A DNA stretch of 38,673 nt from a virus, in the UHGV virus genome UHGV-0106931; one strand, 5' to 3'. This document shows positions 19,199 to 28,621 of the stretch, in pieces. The notes under the pieces were generated by a model. It worked only from the letters and a program-made list of their open reading frames with translations. It was not told the origin of the DNA and made no database searches. Positions within the stretch are counted from its first letter, which is position 1. Each line of letters begins with the position of its first letter. A program made the translations under genes and the position numbers.

Positions 19199-19293
19199 CA
19201 GAACGTGCCCCCGCGCACGGGCGGCACGGGGTGGCGAAAGGCACTGCCACATCAAAACCCCGTCCACCGCCCTCTATTTCAGGAGAAAGCAGC

Positions 19294-19758
19294 ATGAAGT
19301 TTGTTGCGCCAGAACAGGCACCGGAACAGGCGGAAATCATCAGGAATACGCCGTTCTGGCCTGATGTGGACCTGTCGGAGTTTCGCAGTGTGATGCGCAC
19401 TGACGGCACGGTGACGCAGCCGCGTTTAAAACAGGTTGCCCTGTCGGCAATTTCGGAGGTCAACGCAGAGCTGTATGAGTTTCGCAGACGCCAGCAGATG
19501 CTGGGGTATGCCTCGCTGGCAGAAGTCCCGGCGGAACAACTGGACGGCAAAAGCGAGCGCATTCAGCACTATTTCAACGCGGTTTACTGCTGGGCACGCG
19601 CCATGCTCAACGAACGTTACCAGGACTATGACGCCACGGCATCCGGTGCGAAGCGAGGCGAGGAACTGGCGGAAGCAAGCGGTGATTTATGGCGTGACGC
19701 CCGCTGGGCCATCAGCCGGGTGCAGGATGCGCCGCACTGCACAGTGGAGCTTATCTGA
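19294..19758 (+). CDS. L: Head completion/stabilisation protein gpL
   Basis: Start at MKFVAPEQ with AGGAGA RBS; gene order. Confidence 0.8.
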   Translation: MKFVAPEQAPEQAEIIRNTPFWPDVDLSEFRSVMRTDGTVTQPRLKQVALSAISEVNAELYEFRRRQQMLGYASLAEVPAEQLDGKSERIQHYFNAVYCWARAMLNERYQDYDATASGAKRGEELAEASGDLWRDARWAISRVQDAPHCTVELI

Positions 19759-19961
19759 TGAAAGTGCGTGCGCATCAGTATGACACGGTGGACGCACTTT
19801 GCTGGCGTCATTACGGGCGCACGCAGGGTGTCACGGAGCAGGTACTGAAGGCAAATCCGGGGCTTGCCGAATACGGCCCCTTTTTACCTCACGGGCTGCA
19901 GGTGGAGCTGCCGGACATTCCGACAACCACCACCGTGCAGACCGTCCAGCTATGGGACTGA
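19758..19961 (+). CDS. X: Tail protein X
   Basis: 67 aa, similar to P2 X as recalled (PGLAEYGPFLPHGLQVELPD). Confidence 0.8.
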   Translation: MKVRAHQYDTVDALCWRHYGRTQGVTEQVLKANPGLAEYGPFLPHGLQVELPDIPTTTTVQTVQLWD

Positions 19962-19964
19962 ATT

Positions 19965-20180
19965 ATGACGCTTGAGCGAATCAGCGCCTTTATCACGTAT
20001 TGCATCGCCGTCGTGCTGGCCTGGCTGGGCGATTTGTCCATCAAGGATGCCTCAACGCTGGGCGGCCTGATGATCGGTGTGCTGATGCTGGCTATCAACT
20101 GGTACTACAAACACAAAGCCTACCAGCTTCTGCGCGACGGGCAGATCTCGCGGGAGGACTATGAATCCATCAATCGTTAA
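19965..20180 (+). CDS. Putative holin
   Basis: 71 aa, two hydrophobic segments and charged C-terminus, immediately upstream of the endolysin gene. Confidence 0.65.
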   Translation: MTLERISAFITYCIAVVLAWLGDLSIKDASTLGGLMIGVLMLAINWYYKHKAYQLLRDGQISREDYESINR

Positions 20181-20673
20181 ACGCTGCCTTGTCGGGGCCG
20201 TGCTGGCTATTGCTGCCACGCTGCCGGGTTTTCAGCAGCTTCACACCTCCGTGGAAGGGCTGAAACTGATTGCCGATTACGAAGGTTGTCGTCTGCAGCC
20301 GTATCAGTGCAGCGCGGGTGTCTGGACCGACGGCATTGGTAATACGTCGGGCGTCATTCCCGGCAAAACCATTACGGAGCGACAGGCAGCAGAAGGGCTG
20401 ATCTCCAACGTGCTGCGTGTGGAGCGGGCGCTGGAAAGGTGTGTGAAGCAACAGCCGCCGCAGAAGGTGTATGACGCTGCGGTGTCGTTTGCCTTCAACG
20501 TGGGTACGGGCAATGCCTGCAGTTCCACGCTGGTGAAATTGCTCAATCAGCGGCGCTGGGCGGATGCGTGCCGACAGTTGCCGCGCTGGGTGTATGTAAA
20601 AGGTGTGTTTAATCAGGGGCTGGATAACCGCCGTGCGCGGGAGATGGCCTGGTGCTTACAGGGAGCAAACTGA
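20161..20673 (+). CDS. K: Endolysin (lysozyme, gpK-like) with N-terminal signal-anchor
   Basis: P2 K-like lysozyme with hydrophobic N-terminus (SAR-type). Confidence 0.85.
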   Translation: MNPSIVKRCLVGAVLAIAATLPGFQQLHTSVEGLKLIADYEGCRLQPYQCSAGVWTDGIGNTSGVIPGKTITERQAAEGLISNVLRVERALERCVKQQPPQKVYDAAVSFAFNVGTGNACSSTLVKLLNQRRWADACRQLPRWVYVKGVFNQGLDNRRAREMAWCLQGAN

Positions 20674-20674
20674 A

Positions 20675-21052
20675 ATGAAAAAGAAAGTAATCAGCGGGCT
20701 GTTTCTGATGTTATGGATAGCGCTGTTAATCGCCGCAATGGTGTATCCGCAGGGGATTTTTCCGGTACTGGCAGCATCTGGTGTCTGGGTAGCCTGTCTG
20801 CTGACATGGGCAGTAATTCCGGTATCACTGGCTGCGTTAATTAAGAACGGCCCGCTCTGGCAGGAGTTGAGGGCATCTTTGCTGAAGACAATTACCCGAA
20901 AAGAAAACGTATTTATCAGCTGGATGATGCGATTGCTGATTGTCGTCAGTCTCGCCTGGACGGGGTGGGCTCTTACCCTGGTCTTTTATCTACTGACCGT
21001 TATTGCCTTCTGGAACACCCGTAATCAGATGGCGCAACAGGTAGCAGCATGA
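20675..21052 (+). CDS. lysA: Lysis accessory membrane protein (LysA-like)
   Basis: Multi-pass hydrophobic 125 aa protein in P2 lysA position. Confidence 0.55.
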   Translation: MKKKVISGLFLMLWIALLIAAMVYPQGIFPVLAASGVWVACLLTWAVIPVSLAALIKNGPLWQELRASLLKTITRKENVFISWMMRLLIVVSLAWTGWALTLVFYLLTVIAFWNTRNQMAQQVAA

Positions 21053-21477
21053 ACCGGTTGCTGCTGGTTGTGCTGGCGTTATTACTGGCGGCGCTGGGCT
21101 GGCAGACGTGGCGGCTGGCTGATGCCAGCCAGACCATCAGCACGCAGGCAGATGAGCTGCAGAGCAAAAGCCAGGCACTGGCAAAGAGCAACAGCCAGCT
21201 TATCAGCCTGTCCATTCTGACAGAAACCAACAACCGGGAGCAGGCGCGACTCTATGCCGACGCAGAACAGACCAGCGCACTACTGAGACAACGACAACAC
21301 CGGATTGAGGAACTGAAACGTGAGAACGAGGATTTACGCCGCTGGGCTGATACTCCTTTGCCTGCTGACATTATCCGGCTGCGGGAACGCCCCACACTCA
21401 CCGGAGGTGCAGCTTACCGTCAGTGGTTGTCCGCGAGTGACGCCGTGTCGGCTGGGGCAGGCAGCGCCGCGCACTAA
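21049..21477 (+). CDS. lysB: Rz-like i-spanin (LysB-like)
   Basis: N-terminal TM helix then coiled-coil periplasmic domain. Confidence 0.6.
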   Translation: MNRLLLVVLALLLAALGWQTWRLADASQTISTQADELQSKSQALAKSNSQLISLSILTETNNREQARLYADAEQTSALLRQRQHRIEELKRENEDLRRWADTPLPADIIRLRERPTLTGGAAYRQWLSASDAVSAGAGSAAH

Positions 21478-21610
21478 CGGTGACCTGAACGCGTTGCTGG
21501 ATGAAACGGAGGCCGCCTGGGCGGTCTGTGCAGACAAAGTGGACATGATTATTGCGTGTCAGGAGCGAAACAGTGAACAAACCACAATCCCTGCGCCACG
21601 CCCTCAATAA
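21320..21610 (+). CDS. lysC: Rz1-like o-spanin lipoprotein (LysC-like), overlapping lysB in another frame
   Basis: Lipobox LLTLSGC; overlapping frame arrangement typical of Rz/Rz1. Confidence 0.5.
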   Translation: MRTRIYAAGLILLCLLTLSGCGNAPHSPEVQLTVSGCPRVTPCRLGQAAPRTNGDLNALLDETEAAWAVCADKVDMIIACQERNSEQTTIPAPRPQ

Positions 21611-22004
21611 AGCGGTGCCTTATGTCCGCAATAACCCGGACAAACTGCATCTGTTTGTGGATAACGGTTCGCTGGTTGCCACGGGGGCCAGCTCCATGTC
21701 ATGGGAGTACCGCTACACCCTGAACGTGGTGATAGAGGATTTCAGCGGCGACCAGAATCTGCTGATGGCCCCGGTTTTACTGTGGCTTCGGGATAACCAG
21801 CCCGATGCCATCAATAACCCGGCGTTACGGGAAAAGCTATTCACCTTTGATGTGGATATTTTGCGCAACGATGTCTGTGATATCAGCCTTAACCTGCAAC
21901 TGACGGAACGTGTGCTGGTCAGCACTGACGGCAGTGTGTCGAGCGTTGAAGCTGTAGCAGAACCCGATGAACCTGAAGAAATGTGGACGGTGAAACGTGG
22001 CTGA
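21573..22004 (+). CDS. R: Tail completion protein gpR
   Basis: P2 R-like (KPQSLRHAL...FVDNGS); GTG start with AGGAG RBS, TTG at 21552 also possible. Confidence 0.75.
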   Translation: MNKPQSLRHALNKAVPYVRNNPDKLHLFVDNGSLVATGASSMSWEYRYTLNVVIEDFSGDQNLLMAPVLLWLRDNQPDAINNPALREKLFTFDVDILRNDVCDISLNLQLTERVLVSTDGSVSSVEAVAEPDEPEEMWTVKRG

Positions 22005-22443
22005 ACTGCAGAAGGTGGACGACTGGCTGAGTGCCTTGCTGGCGAATCTGGAACCAGCCACGAGAAGCCGCATGATGCGCCAGCTGGCGCAGGAACTGCG
22101 CCGGACACAGCAGCAGAATATCAGGATGCAGCGCAATCCAGATGGCAGCAGTTATGAACCGCGCAGGGTAACAGCACGCAGCAAGAAGGGGCGCATCAAA
22201 CGTCAGATGTTTGCAAAGCTGCGCACCACAAAATACCTGAAAACTGCCGCCAGCGCCGACTCTGCCAGCGTACAGTTTGAAGGCAAGGTGCAGCGTATTG
22301 CCCGTGTTCACCATTACGGCCTGCGTGATCGCGTCAGTCGCAAAGGACCGGAGGTCCGTTACGCAGAGCGCCGCCTGCTGGGTGTAAATGATGATGTTGA
22401 GGCAATGACCCGCGACATGATTCTGCAATGGCTGGCGGGGTGA
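21997..22443 (+). CDS. S: Tail completion protein gpS
   Basis: P2 S position and size; GTG start overlapping R stop. Confidence 0.72.
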   Translation: MAELQKVDDWLSALLANLEPATRSRMMRQLAQELRRTQQQNIRMQRNPDGSSYEPRRVTARSKKGRIKRQMFAKLRTTKYLKTAASADSASVQFEGKVQRIARVHHYGLRDRVSRKGPEVRYAERRLLGVNDDVEAMTRDMILQWLAG

Positions 22444-22447
22444 TCTT

Positions 22448-22465
22448 TGTATCAGCACTGATACA
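22448..22465. promoter_or_regulatory. Ogr-type late promoter dyad TGT-N12-ACA upstream of V
   Basis: TGTATCAGCACTGATACA (itself palindromic) in the S-V gap. Confidence 0.55.
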
Positions 22466-22511
22466 AGTTGCAGCACTGCCGCCTTTCTTCCCCTGATGGC
22501 AACCTTTCCCT

Positions 22512-23090
22512 ATGAACGCACAATTAACCGAAATCATGCGCCTTATCACCAACCTGATCCGCACAGGGGTAGTCACCGAAGTGGACAGGGAAAACTGGCT
22601 TTGCCGGGTGAAAACGGGCGAGCTTGAAACCAACTGGATCAGCTGGCTGACGCTGCGTGCCGGGAATGCCCGCACATGGTGGCGACCATCGGAAGGTGAG
22701 CAGGTGGTGCTGCTGAGTCTGGGCGGCAATCTGGAAACCGCCTTTGCGTTACCCGCCATCTATTCGAATCAGTTCGCGCCACCGTCGACGTCGGCGGACG
22801 CCTGCGTGACAGAACATCCTGACGGTGGCTGGTTTGAATACGAACCCGCCACCGGGCGCTGGTATGTCAGGGGCATCAAATCAATGGTCATTGAGGCCGC
22901 TGACAACATCACCATGAAAACCAGTGAGTTTGTACTGGAGGCTGACCACACGCGCATTAACAGCGAAGTGGTGATCAATGGTGGCGTTACCCAGGGCGGC
23001 GGAGCGATGAGTTCTAACGGGATCGTGGTTGATGCGCATCAGCATACTGGCGTCCTGAAAGGCGGCGATACAACCGGAGGCCCGGTATGA
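22512..23090 (+). CDS. V: Baseplate spike/assembly protein gpV
   Basis: P2 V-like, gene order. Confidence 0.85.
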   Translation: MNAQLTEIMRLITNLIRTGVVTEVDRENWLCRVKTGELETNWISWLTLRAGNARTWWRPSEGEQVVLLSLGGNLETAFALPAIYSNQFAPPSTSADACVTEHPDGGWFEYEPATGRWYVRGIKSMVIEAADNITMKTSEFVLEADHTRINSEVVINGGVTQGGGAMSSNGIVVDAHQHTGVLKGGDTTGGPV

Positions 23091-23446
23091 CGCTTTATAG
23101 CGGGATGAACAATACCAGCGGCAAAGTCATTACTGATATTGATCATCTGCGCCAGTCGGTGCGGGACATTCTGCTGACACCGCAGGGTAGCCGTATTGCC
23201 CGCCGGGAATATGGTTCCCTGCTGTCGGCACTGATAGATCAGCCACAAAATCCGGCATTACGCCTGCAGGTCATGTCGGCAGTGTATGTGGCGCTGAGTC
23301 GCTGGGAGCCACGGTTGACGCTGGATTCCATCACCATCAACAGCAATTTTGACGGTTCAATGGTGGTGGAGCTGACCGGGCGGCGGAATAACGGTGTGCC
23401 TGTGTCCCTTTCCGTATCAACAGGAGCAGAGAATGGCAGTGATTGA
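23087..23446 (+). CDS. W: Baseplate protein gpW (gp25-like)
   Basis: P2 W-like, ATGA overlap with V. Confidence 0.85.
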   Translation: MTLYSGMNNTSGKVITDIDHLRQSVRDILLTPQGSRIARREYGSLLSALIDQPQNPALRLQVMSAVYVALSRWEPRLTLDSITINSNFDGSMVVELTGRRNNGVPVSLSVSTGAENGSD

Positions 23447-24341
23447 CCTTTCGCAGTTGCCTGCACCGCAGATTGTGGATGTGCCGGACTTTGAGACGCT
23501 GCTTGCCGAACGCAAGGCAGAATTTGTGGCGCTTCATCCGAAAGATGAGCAGGAAGCAGTGATCCGCACGCTGGAACTGGAATCTGAACCCGCCACTAAA
23601 TTGTTGCAGGAGAACGCTTACCGTGAGTTGCTTCTGCGCCAGCGCATTAACGAAGCCGCGCAGGCGGTGATGGTGGCTTACGCGATGGGCGGCGATCTTG
23701 ACCAGCTCGCTGCCAACTACAACGTGACACGCCTGACGGTGACGCCTGCTGATAATGATGCTGTGCCGCCCGTTGCAGCTGTGATGGAAAGCGATGAAGC
23801 GTTGCGCCTGCGTGTGCCTGCAGCCTTTGAAGGGCTTTCTGTTGCGGGGCCAACTGCAGCTTATGAATTTCATGCCCGAAGCGCCGACGGTCGGGTGGCG
23901 GATGCCAGTGCAACCAGCCCGGCACCTGCAGAGGTGGTGCTGACTGTCCTTAGCCGCGAAGGCGATGGAACTGCAGAAAAAGACCTGCTGGACGTGGTGG
24001 AAAAAGCTCTGAACAGTGAGAACGTCCGCCCGGTGGCTGACCGTCTTACGGTTCGCAGCGCAGAAATCATCCCGTATCGCGTGGAAGCCACCATTTTTCT
24101 CTATCCGGGACCGGAAGCAGAGCCGGTAATGGCAGCGGCAAAAGCCAGTCTGCAGAAGTACATTGCCAGCCAGACGAGGCTTGGTCGGGATATTCGCCGT
24201 AGCGCCATCTTTGCTGCTCTGCATGTTGAGGGTGTTCAACGTGTGGAACTGGCTTCTCCGCTGGCGGATGTGGTCCTGAACAAAACACAGGCGGCATCAT
24301 GTACGCAGTGGAGCGTAACCAACGGAGGAACGGATGAATAG
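23433..24341 (+). CDS. J: Baseplate protein gpJ
   Basis: Start at MAVIDLSQ with AGGAG RBS; P2 J-like. Confidence 0.85.
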   Translation: MAVIDLSQLPAPQIVDVPDFETLLAERKAEFVALHPKDEQEAVIRTLELESEPATKLLQENAYRELLLRQRINEAAQAVMVAYAMGGDLDQLAANYNVTRLTVTPADNDAVPPVAAVMESDEALRLRVPAAFEGLSVAGPTAAYEFHARSADGRVADASATSPAPAEVVLTVLSREGDGTAEKDLLDVVEKALNSENVRPVADRLTVRSAEIIPYRVEATIFLYPGPEAEPVMAAAKASLQKYIASQTRLGRDIRRSAIFAALHVEGVQRVELASPLADVVLNKTQAASCTQWSVTNGGTDE

Positions 24342-24939
24342 TCTGCTGCCACCGGGTTCAACTTCACTGGAGCGCCGACTGGCGCAAACCTGTAGCGGGA
24401 TTTCTGATTTGCAGGTGCCGCTGCGTGACTTGTGGAATCCGGCTACCTGTCCGGTCAGCTTCCTGCCTTATCTCGCCTGGGCGTTCTCTGTGGATCGCTG
24501 GGACGAGGGCTGGACAGAAAGCGTCAAACGCCAGGTAGTGAAGGATGCTTTTTATATTCATCAGCATAAAGGAACCACCAGTGCCGTGCGGCGGGTGGTG
24601 GAACCGTTCGGATTCCTGATCCGCATTATTGAGTGGTGGCAGACCGGAGAAACACCGGGCACGTTTCGCCTGGATATCGGCGTGCAGGACCAGGGCATCA
24701 CTGAAGATACCTATCTGGAACTTGAGCGACTGATAAGCGATGCCAAACCATGTAGCCGCCACATGATCGGCATGTCCATCAATCTGCAGACCAGCGGCCC
24801 GCATTGGGTGGGAGCCGCCAGCTATCTTGGCGAAGAAATCACGATCTATCCGTATATCAACGAAACGATTATTTCCGGTGGCACCGCGCATGAAGGCGGG
24901 GCGGTCCATGTTATTGACACAATGAGAGTGAATCCATGA
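24334..24939 (+). CDS. I: Baseplate/tail protein gpI
   Basis: P2 I position, overlaps J and H. Confidence 0.8.
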   Translation: MNSLLPPGSTSLERRLAQTCSGISDLQVPLRDLWNPATCPVSFLPYLAWAFSVDRWDEGWTESVKRQVVKDAFYIHQHKGTTSAVRRVVEPFGFLIRIIEWWQTGETPGTFRLDIGVQDQGITEDTYLELERLISDAKPCSRHMIGMSINLQTSGPHWVGAASYLGEEITIYPYINETIISGGTAHEGGAVHVIDTMRVNP

Positions 24940-26441
24940 GCACAAAATTTTATACCCTGCTGACGGATATTGGCGCGGCGAAACTTGCCAGCGCCGCCGC
25001 GCTCGGTGTGCCGCTAAAAATTACCCATATGGCGGTGGGCGATGGCGGTGGAGTATTGCCAACGCCGGACGCAAAGCAGACGGCACTGGTAAATGAGAAA
25101 CGCCGGGCTGCGCTGAATATGCTTTATATCGACCCGCAGAACAGCAGCCAGATTATTGCCGAACAGGTGATCCCTGAAAACGAGGGCGGTTGGTGGATAC
25201 GTGAAGTGGGCTTGTTTGATGAGTCCGGGGCATTGATTGCCGTGGGCAACTGCCCGGAAAGCTATAAGCCGCAACTGGCTGAAGGTAGCGGGCGCACTCA
25301 GACCGTGCGCATGGTGCTGATTACCAGCAGCACGGACAATATCACCCTGAAAATCGACCCTGCTGTAGTGCTGGCAACCCGCAAGTATGTGGATGACAAG
25401 GCACTGGAGCTGAAGGTGTACGCGGATGATCAGATGGCAAAACATCTTGCCGCACCGGACCCGCATTCACAGTACGCGCCAAAAGCCAGCCCGACATTTA
25501 CCGGAACCCCCAAAGCGCCAACGCCAGCGGCGGGGAATAATACCACGCAGGTTGCGACCACTGCGTTTGTACAGGCGGCACTGACGGCCCTTATTAATGG
25601 TGCGCCAGCCACGCTGGACACGCTGAAAGAAATAGCCGCAGCCATTAACAATGATCCGAATTTCAGTACCACCATTAACAATGCGCTGGCACTTAAAGCA
25701 CCGTTGTCGAGTCCGGCACTCACCGGAACGCCAACAGCCCCCACGGCGGCGCAGTCGGTCAACAATACACAGATTGCCACTACGGCTTTTGTGAAATCGG
25801 CGATTGCAGGAATGGTGGGTTCTGCACCTGCTGCACTGGATACACTGAACGAACTGGCGGCGGCACTGGGGAATGATCCGAACTTTGCCACGACAATGCT
25901 TAATGCGCTGGCAGGTAAACAACCGCTGGACAATACGCTTACCAATTTGAGTGGAAAGGATGTAGCTGGTCTTCTCACATACCTTGGTTTGGGAGAAGGT
26001 GCTCCAGCTATTGGCGTTCCGTTCTTCTGGCCGTCCGCTGCAATGCCAAATACTGTAATCGACAGCTGGTCCGGCATGGTGTTTTTGAAGTTCAACGGCG
26101 CGAAATTCTCTGCCACTGATTACCCTGTTCTGGCAAAAGTGTTTCCTTCGCTGGTATTACCTGAAGCCCGCGGTGATTTCATTCGTATCTGGGATGACGG
26201 GCGAGGTGCAGACGGTGGTCGCGAATTATTAAGCTGGCAGGAAGCTACAAACTTTTCTCAGTTTGCCGGGAATGTAGGCGGAGGTGCGGGGCACGCAATT
26301 AACTTTCATGATGGCATCGCCGGAAATCAGCCAGGATTTTCACGATTTAATTTCACCAGTAACTCTGTGGGTGATGGTGTGAATTTTGTTGCTGTCAGAC
26401 CGCGCAATATTGCATTTAACTTTCTGGTGAGGGCTAAATAA
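24936..26441 (+). CDS. H: Tail fibre protein gpH (constant N-terminus, invertible C-terminal part)
   Basis: 501 aa with repeated fibre motifs (TQVATTAFV / TQIATTAFV); invertase crossover site inside the gene at 25973-25998. Confidence 0.85.
   Translation: MSTKFYTLLTDIGAAKLASAAALGVPLKITHMAVGDGGGVLPTPDAKQTALVNEKRRAALNMLYIDPQNSSQIIAEQVIPENEGGWWIREVGLFDESGALIAVGNCPESYKPQLAEGSGRTQTVRMVLITSSTDNITLKIDPAVVLATRKYVDDKALELKVYADDQMAKHLAAPDPHSQYAPKASPTFTGTPKAPTPAAGNNTTQVATTAFVQAALTALINGAPATLDTLKEIAAAINNDPNFSTTINNALALKAPLSSPALTGTPTAPTAAQSVNNTQIATTAFVKSAIAGMVGSAPAALDTLNELAAALGNDPNFATTMLNALAGKQPLDNTLTNLSGKDVAGLLTYLGLGEGAPAIGVPFFWPSAAMPNTVIDSWSGMVFLKFNGAKFSATDYPVLAKVFPSLVLPEARGDFIRIWDDGRGADGGRELLSWQEATNFSQFAGNVGGGAGHAINFHDGIAGNQPGFSRFNFTSNSVGDGVNFVAVRPRNIAFNFLVRAK
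25973..25998. repeat. Left crossover site (gix/hix-like) of invertible tail-fibre segment
   Basis: TTCTCACATACCTTGGTTTGGGAGAA matches the reverse complement of 27832-27857 at 22 of 26 positions. Confidence 0.55.
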
Positions 26442-27034
26442 TGAAACCTGTTTTTGATAAAAATGGGCTGGCTACAGTGCCGGGCGATATGCGTTGTTTT
26501 TATTATGATGCTGAAACATCTGAGTATACGGGCTGGTCTGATGAATATATTAATACTGGCGTAAGTATGCCCGCCTGTTCCACTGGTATTGACCCTGGCG
26601 AAAACATTCCGGGAAGAGTGGCAGTATTTACAGGTAAGGGATGGAGCCATGAAGAAGACCATCGCAATGAGACTGTTTACTCAATCGAAAATGGTGCTGC
26701 TGTTACAGTGGATTATATCGGTGCCATCAAAAACGGTTATGTCACGCTTTCACCGTTAACGCCATATGATAAATGGGATGGTGAGAAATGGGTGACAGAT
26801 ACTGAGGCACAACACGGTGCCGCAGTAGAAGCGGCAGAAGCACAGCGCCAGTATCTGATTGATGCTGCAATGGCTTCCATCAGTCTGATTCAGTTGAAAT
26901 TACAGGCCGGACGGAAGTTGACGCCGGCAGAAACAACCCGACTTAACGCCGTGCTGGATTACATTGACGCGGTGACGGCAACAGATACCAGCACAGCGCC
27001 GGACGTCATCTGGCCTGGACTGCCGGAGGCGTAG
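26441..27034 (+). CDS. G: Tail fibre assembly protein (Tfa, gpG-like), current orientation
   Basis: Follows H; Tfa-like size and composition. Confidence 0.75.
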   Translation: MKPVFDKNGLATVPGDMRCFYYDAETSEYTGWSDEYINTGVSMPACSTGIDPGENIPGRVAVFTGKGWSHEEDHRNETVYSIENGAAVTVDYIGAIKNGYVTLSPLTPYDKWDGEKWVTDTEAQHGAAVEAAEAQRQYLIDAAMASISLIQLKLQAGRKLTPAETTRLNAVLDYIDAVTATDTSTAPDVIWPGLPEA

Positions 27035-27449
27035 GCCATTCAATATCGGGTGCTGTTGAAGTATCAACACGCATCAGCAGCACACGGTATTTCTTCCATT
27101 GGGTGAGAGTTGAAGTTTCTTCATCAGTTGCGATACCAGCATCAACAGCATCCTGACGCCAGGATATTTCACTGTCAGCTTTTGCACGAAATGTGGCTTT
27201 CATGTTTTCTGCATCTGATATTTTCTGTTCTGGTGAAAGCGGCGGCTCATCAACCCATGCAAGGGTCCCTGAAACCATTCCCAGCATTTTTCCTGTTGGC
27301 TTATTTCCCCCATTAAATCTGACAGCATCCTCATCGCTGATTTCAATACCATCCTGCGGCCATGTCCCCTCCTTGATATAACTTTCATATAGCGCTGCGT
27401 TGTAGATTGCATTTTCGGACGGGCTGTAAACACTTTTAACTTTATTCAT
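27006..27449 (-). CDS. Alternative tail fibre assembly protein (Tfa'), opposite orientation
   Basis: C-terminus (TSTAPDIEWPTPP) mirrors plus-strand Tfa (TSTAPDVIWPGLP); convergent arrangement typical of invertible fibre cassettes. Confidence 0.7.
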   Translation of the reverse strand: MNKVKSVYSPSENAIYNAALYESYIKEGTWPQDGIEISDEDAVRFNGGNKPTGKMLGMVSGTLAWVDEPPLSPEQKISDAENMKATFRAKADSEISWRQDAVDAGIATDEETSTLTQWKKYRVLLMRVDTSTAPDIEWPTPPAVQAR

Positions 27450-27453
27450 TCTG

Positions 27454-27857
27454 TTATCTCCCTTTCGCTATATAGCAAAGATTAAACCCACCGGCGCCTG
27501 ACATACGGGCTGTAAAACCCGTTCTTGAAGTACCAGTTGAGTTAACTCCATAAGCAGGCATGGTTGTTGGAGAAAGCAGAGACTCCTGGATATCTGCCAT
27601 TGTCAGTGTAATTGATTCGACCCGCGCGGGGAAAGGTAGCGGGAAAACAACATTCGTCCCTGTCTGTCCAACGGGGAAACCGAAAATACCCCATTGTGTA
27701 ATTACCCCATCCGGCCCCTTACTCCATCCAGATTTACTATTCGGCCAGTTTGCTGCTCCAGAATACCCCGTTGTAAAACTACTCATATCTGGTACTTGCC
27801 CGGTATCCGTTCCGACGTTCCTCGTTGCCGCTTCTCCCAAACCAACGTTTATGAAAA
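27454..27857 (-). CDS. Alternative tail-fibre C-terminal segment (no own start; fused to H after inversion)
   Basis: Open frame runs into the right crossover site; residues VGLGEAAT parallel LGLGEGAP in H; the N-terminal extension in the ORF track is likely not translated. Confidence 0.5.
27832..27857. repeat. Right crossover site (gix/hix-like), inverted relative to 25973-25998
   Basis: See left site. Confidence 0.55.
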
Positions 27858-27912
27858 TGCAGAGGTAACAGCTAACTGGCATCATCTCCGGTTTTTATTC
27901 AGGGGGATGCTC

Positions 27913-28479
27913 ATGCTTATTGGCTATGTACGCGTGTCAACAAATGACCAGAACACCGATTTGCAACGTAATGCACTGAACTGCGCGGGATGTGAGCGGA
28001 TTTTTGAGGACAAAATCAGTGGCACTAAGTCCGACAGACCGGGGCTTAAAAAACTGCTCAGGACACTATCGGCAGGTGACACACTGGTTGTCTGGAAGCT
28101 GGACAGGTTGGGGCGCAGTATGCGGCATCTTGTTACGCTGATAGAGGAGTTGCGCCAGCGTGGTGTGAATTTCCGAAGCCTGACTGACAGTATTGATACA
28201 AGTACCCCAATGGGCCGTTTCTTTTTTCATGTCATGGGTGCCCTGGCTGAAATGGAACGCGAACTGATAGTTGAACGTACCAGGGCGGGGCTGGCTGCAG
28301 CTCGTGCTAAAGGCAGAGTAGGTGGACGCCGTCCTAAGTTGACCACCGAACAGTGGGCACAGATTGGACGTTTACTCGAGTCTGGAGAATCAAGACAGCG
28401 TATTGCACTGATTTTTGATGTAGGCGTTTCTACCATTTATAAAAAATTTCCGGCAAATAAGAGCAATGAATCCCCCTGA
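27913..28479 (+). CDS. Serine recombinase DNA invertase (Gin/Hin/Pin/Cin family)
   Basis: MLIGYVRVSTNDQNTDLQ N-terminus with catalytic Ser, C-terminal HTH; AGGGGG RBS. Confidence 0.9.
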   Translation: MLIGYVRVSTNDQNTDLQRNALNCAGCERIFEDKISGTKSDRPGLKKLLRTLSAGDTLVVWKLDRLGRSMRHLVTLIEELRQRGVNFRSLTDSIDTSTPMGRFFFHVMGALAEMERELIVERTRAGLAAARAKGRVGGRRPKLTTEQWAQIGRLLESGESRQRIALIFDVGVSTIYKKFPANKSNESP

Positions 28480-28527
28480 ATCAGCATTATTTTGATTATC
28501 CCTGCAAGTAGACAAATACCGTCATTT

Positions 28528-28545
28528 TGTGTGAATAACGGTACA
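28528..28545. promoter_or_regulatory. Ogr-type late promoter dyad TGT-N12-ACA upstream of FI
   Basis: TGTGTGAATAACGGTACA about 75 bp upstream of the FI start. Confidence 0.55.
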
Positions 28546-28621
28546 ACTGCGCTTAGCTGTTTGTCAGGCACAATCACTTCAACATAGGGCGAAGCCTAAT
28601 CCAATCAGGAGGTTCGCCACT

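Noticed and set aside
23337-24239. 300 aa minus-strand ORF antisense to W and J
   Set aside because: Same reasoning: shadow ORF opposite conserved baseplate genes
27858-27885. N-terminal extension (MMPVSCYLCIF...) of the minus-strand tail-fibre ORF
   Set aside because: Lies beyond the invertase crossover site; the segment is expressed only as a fusion to the constant part of H after inversion
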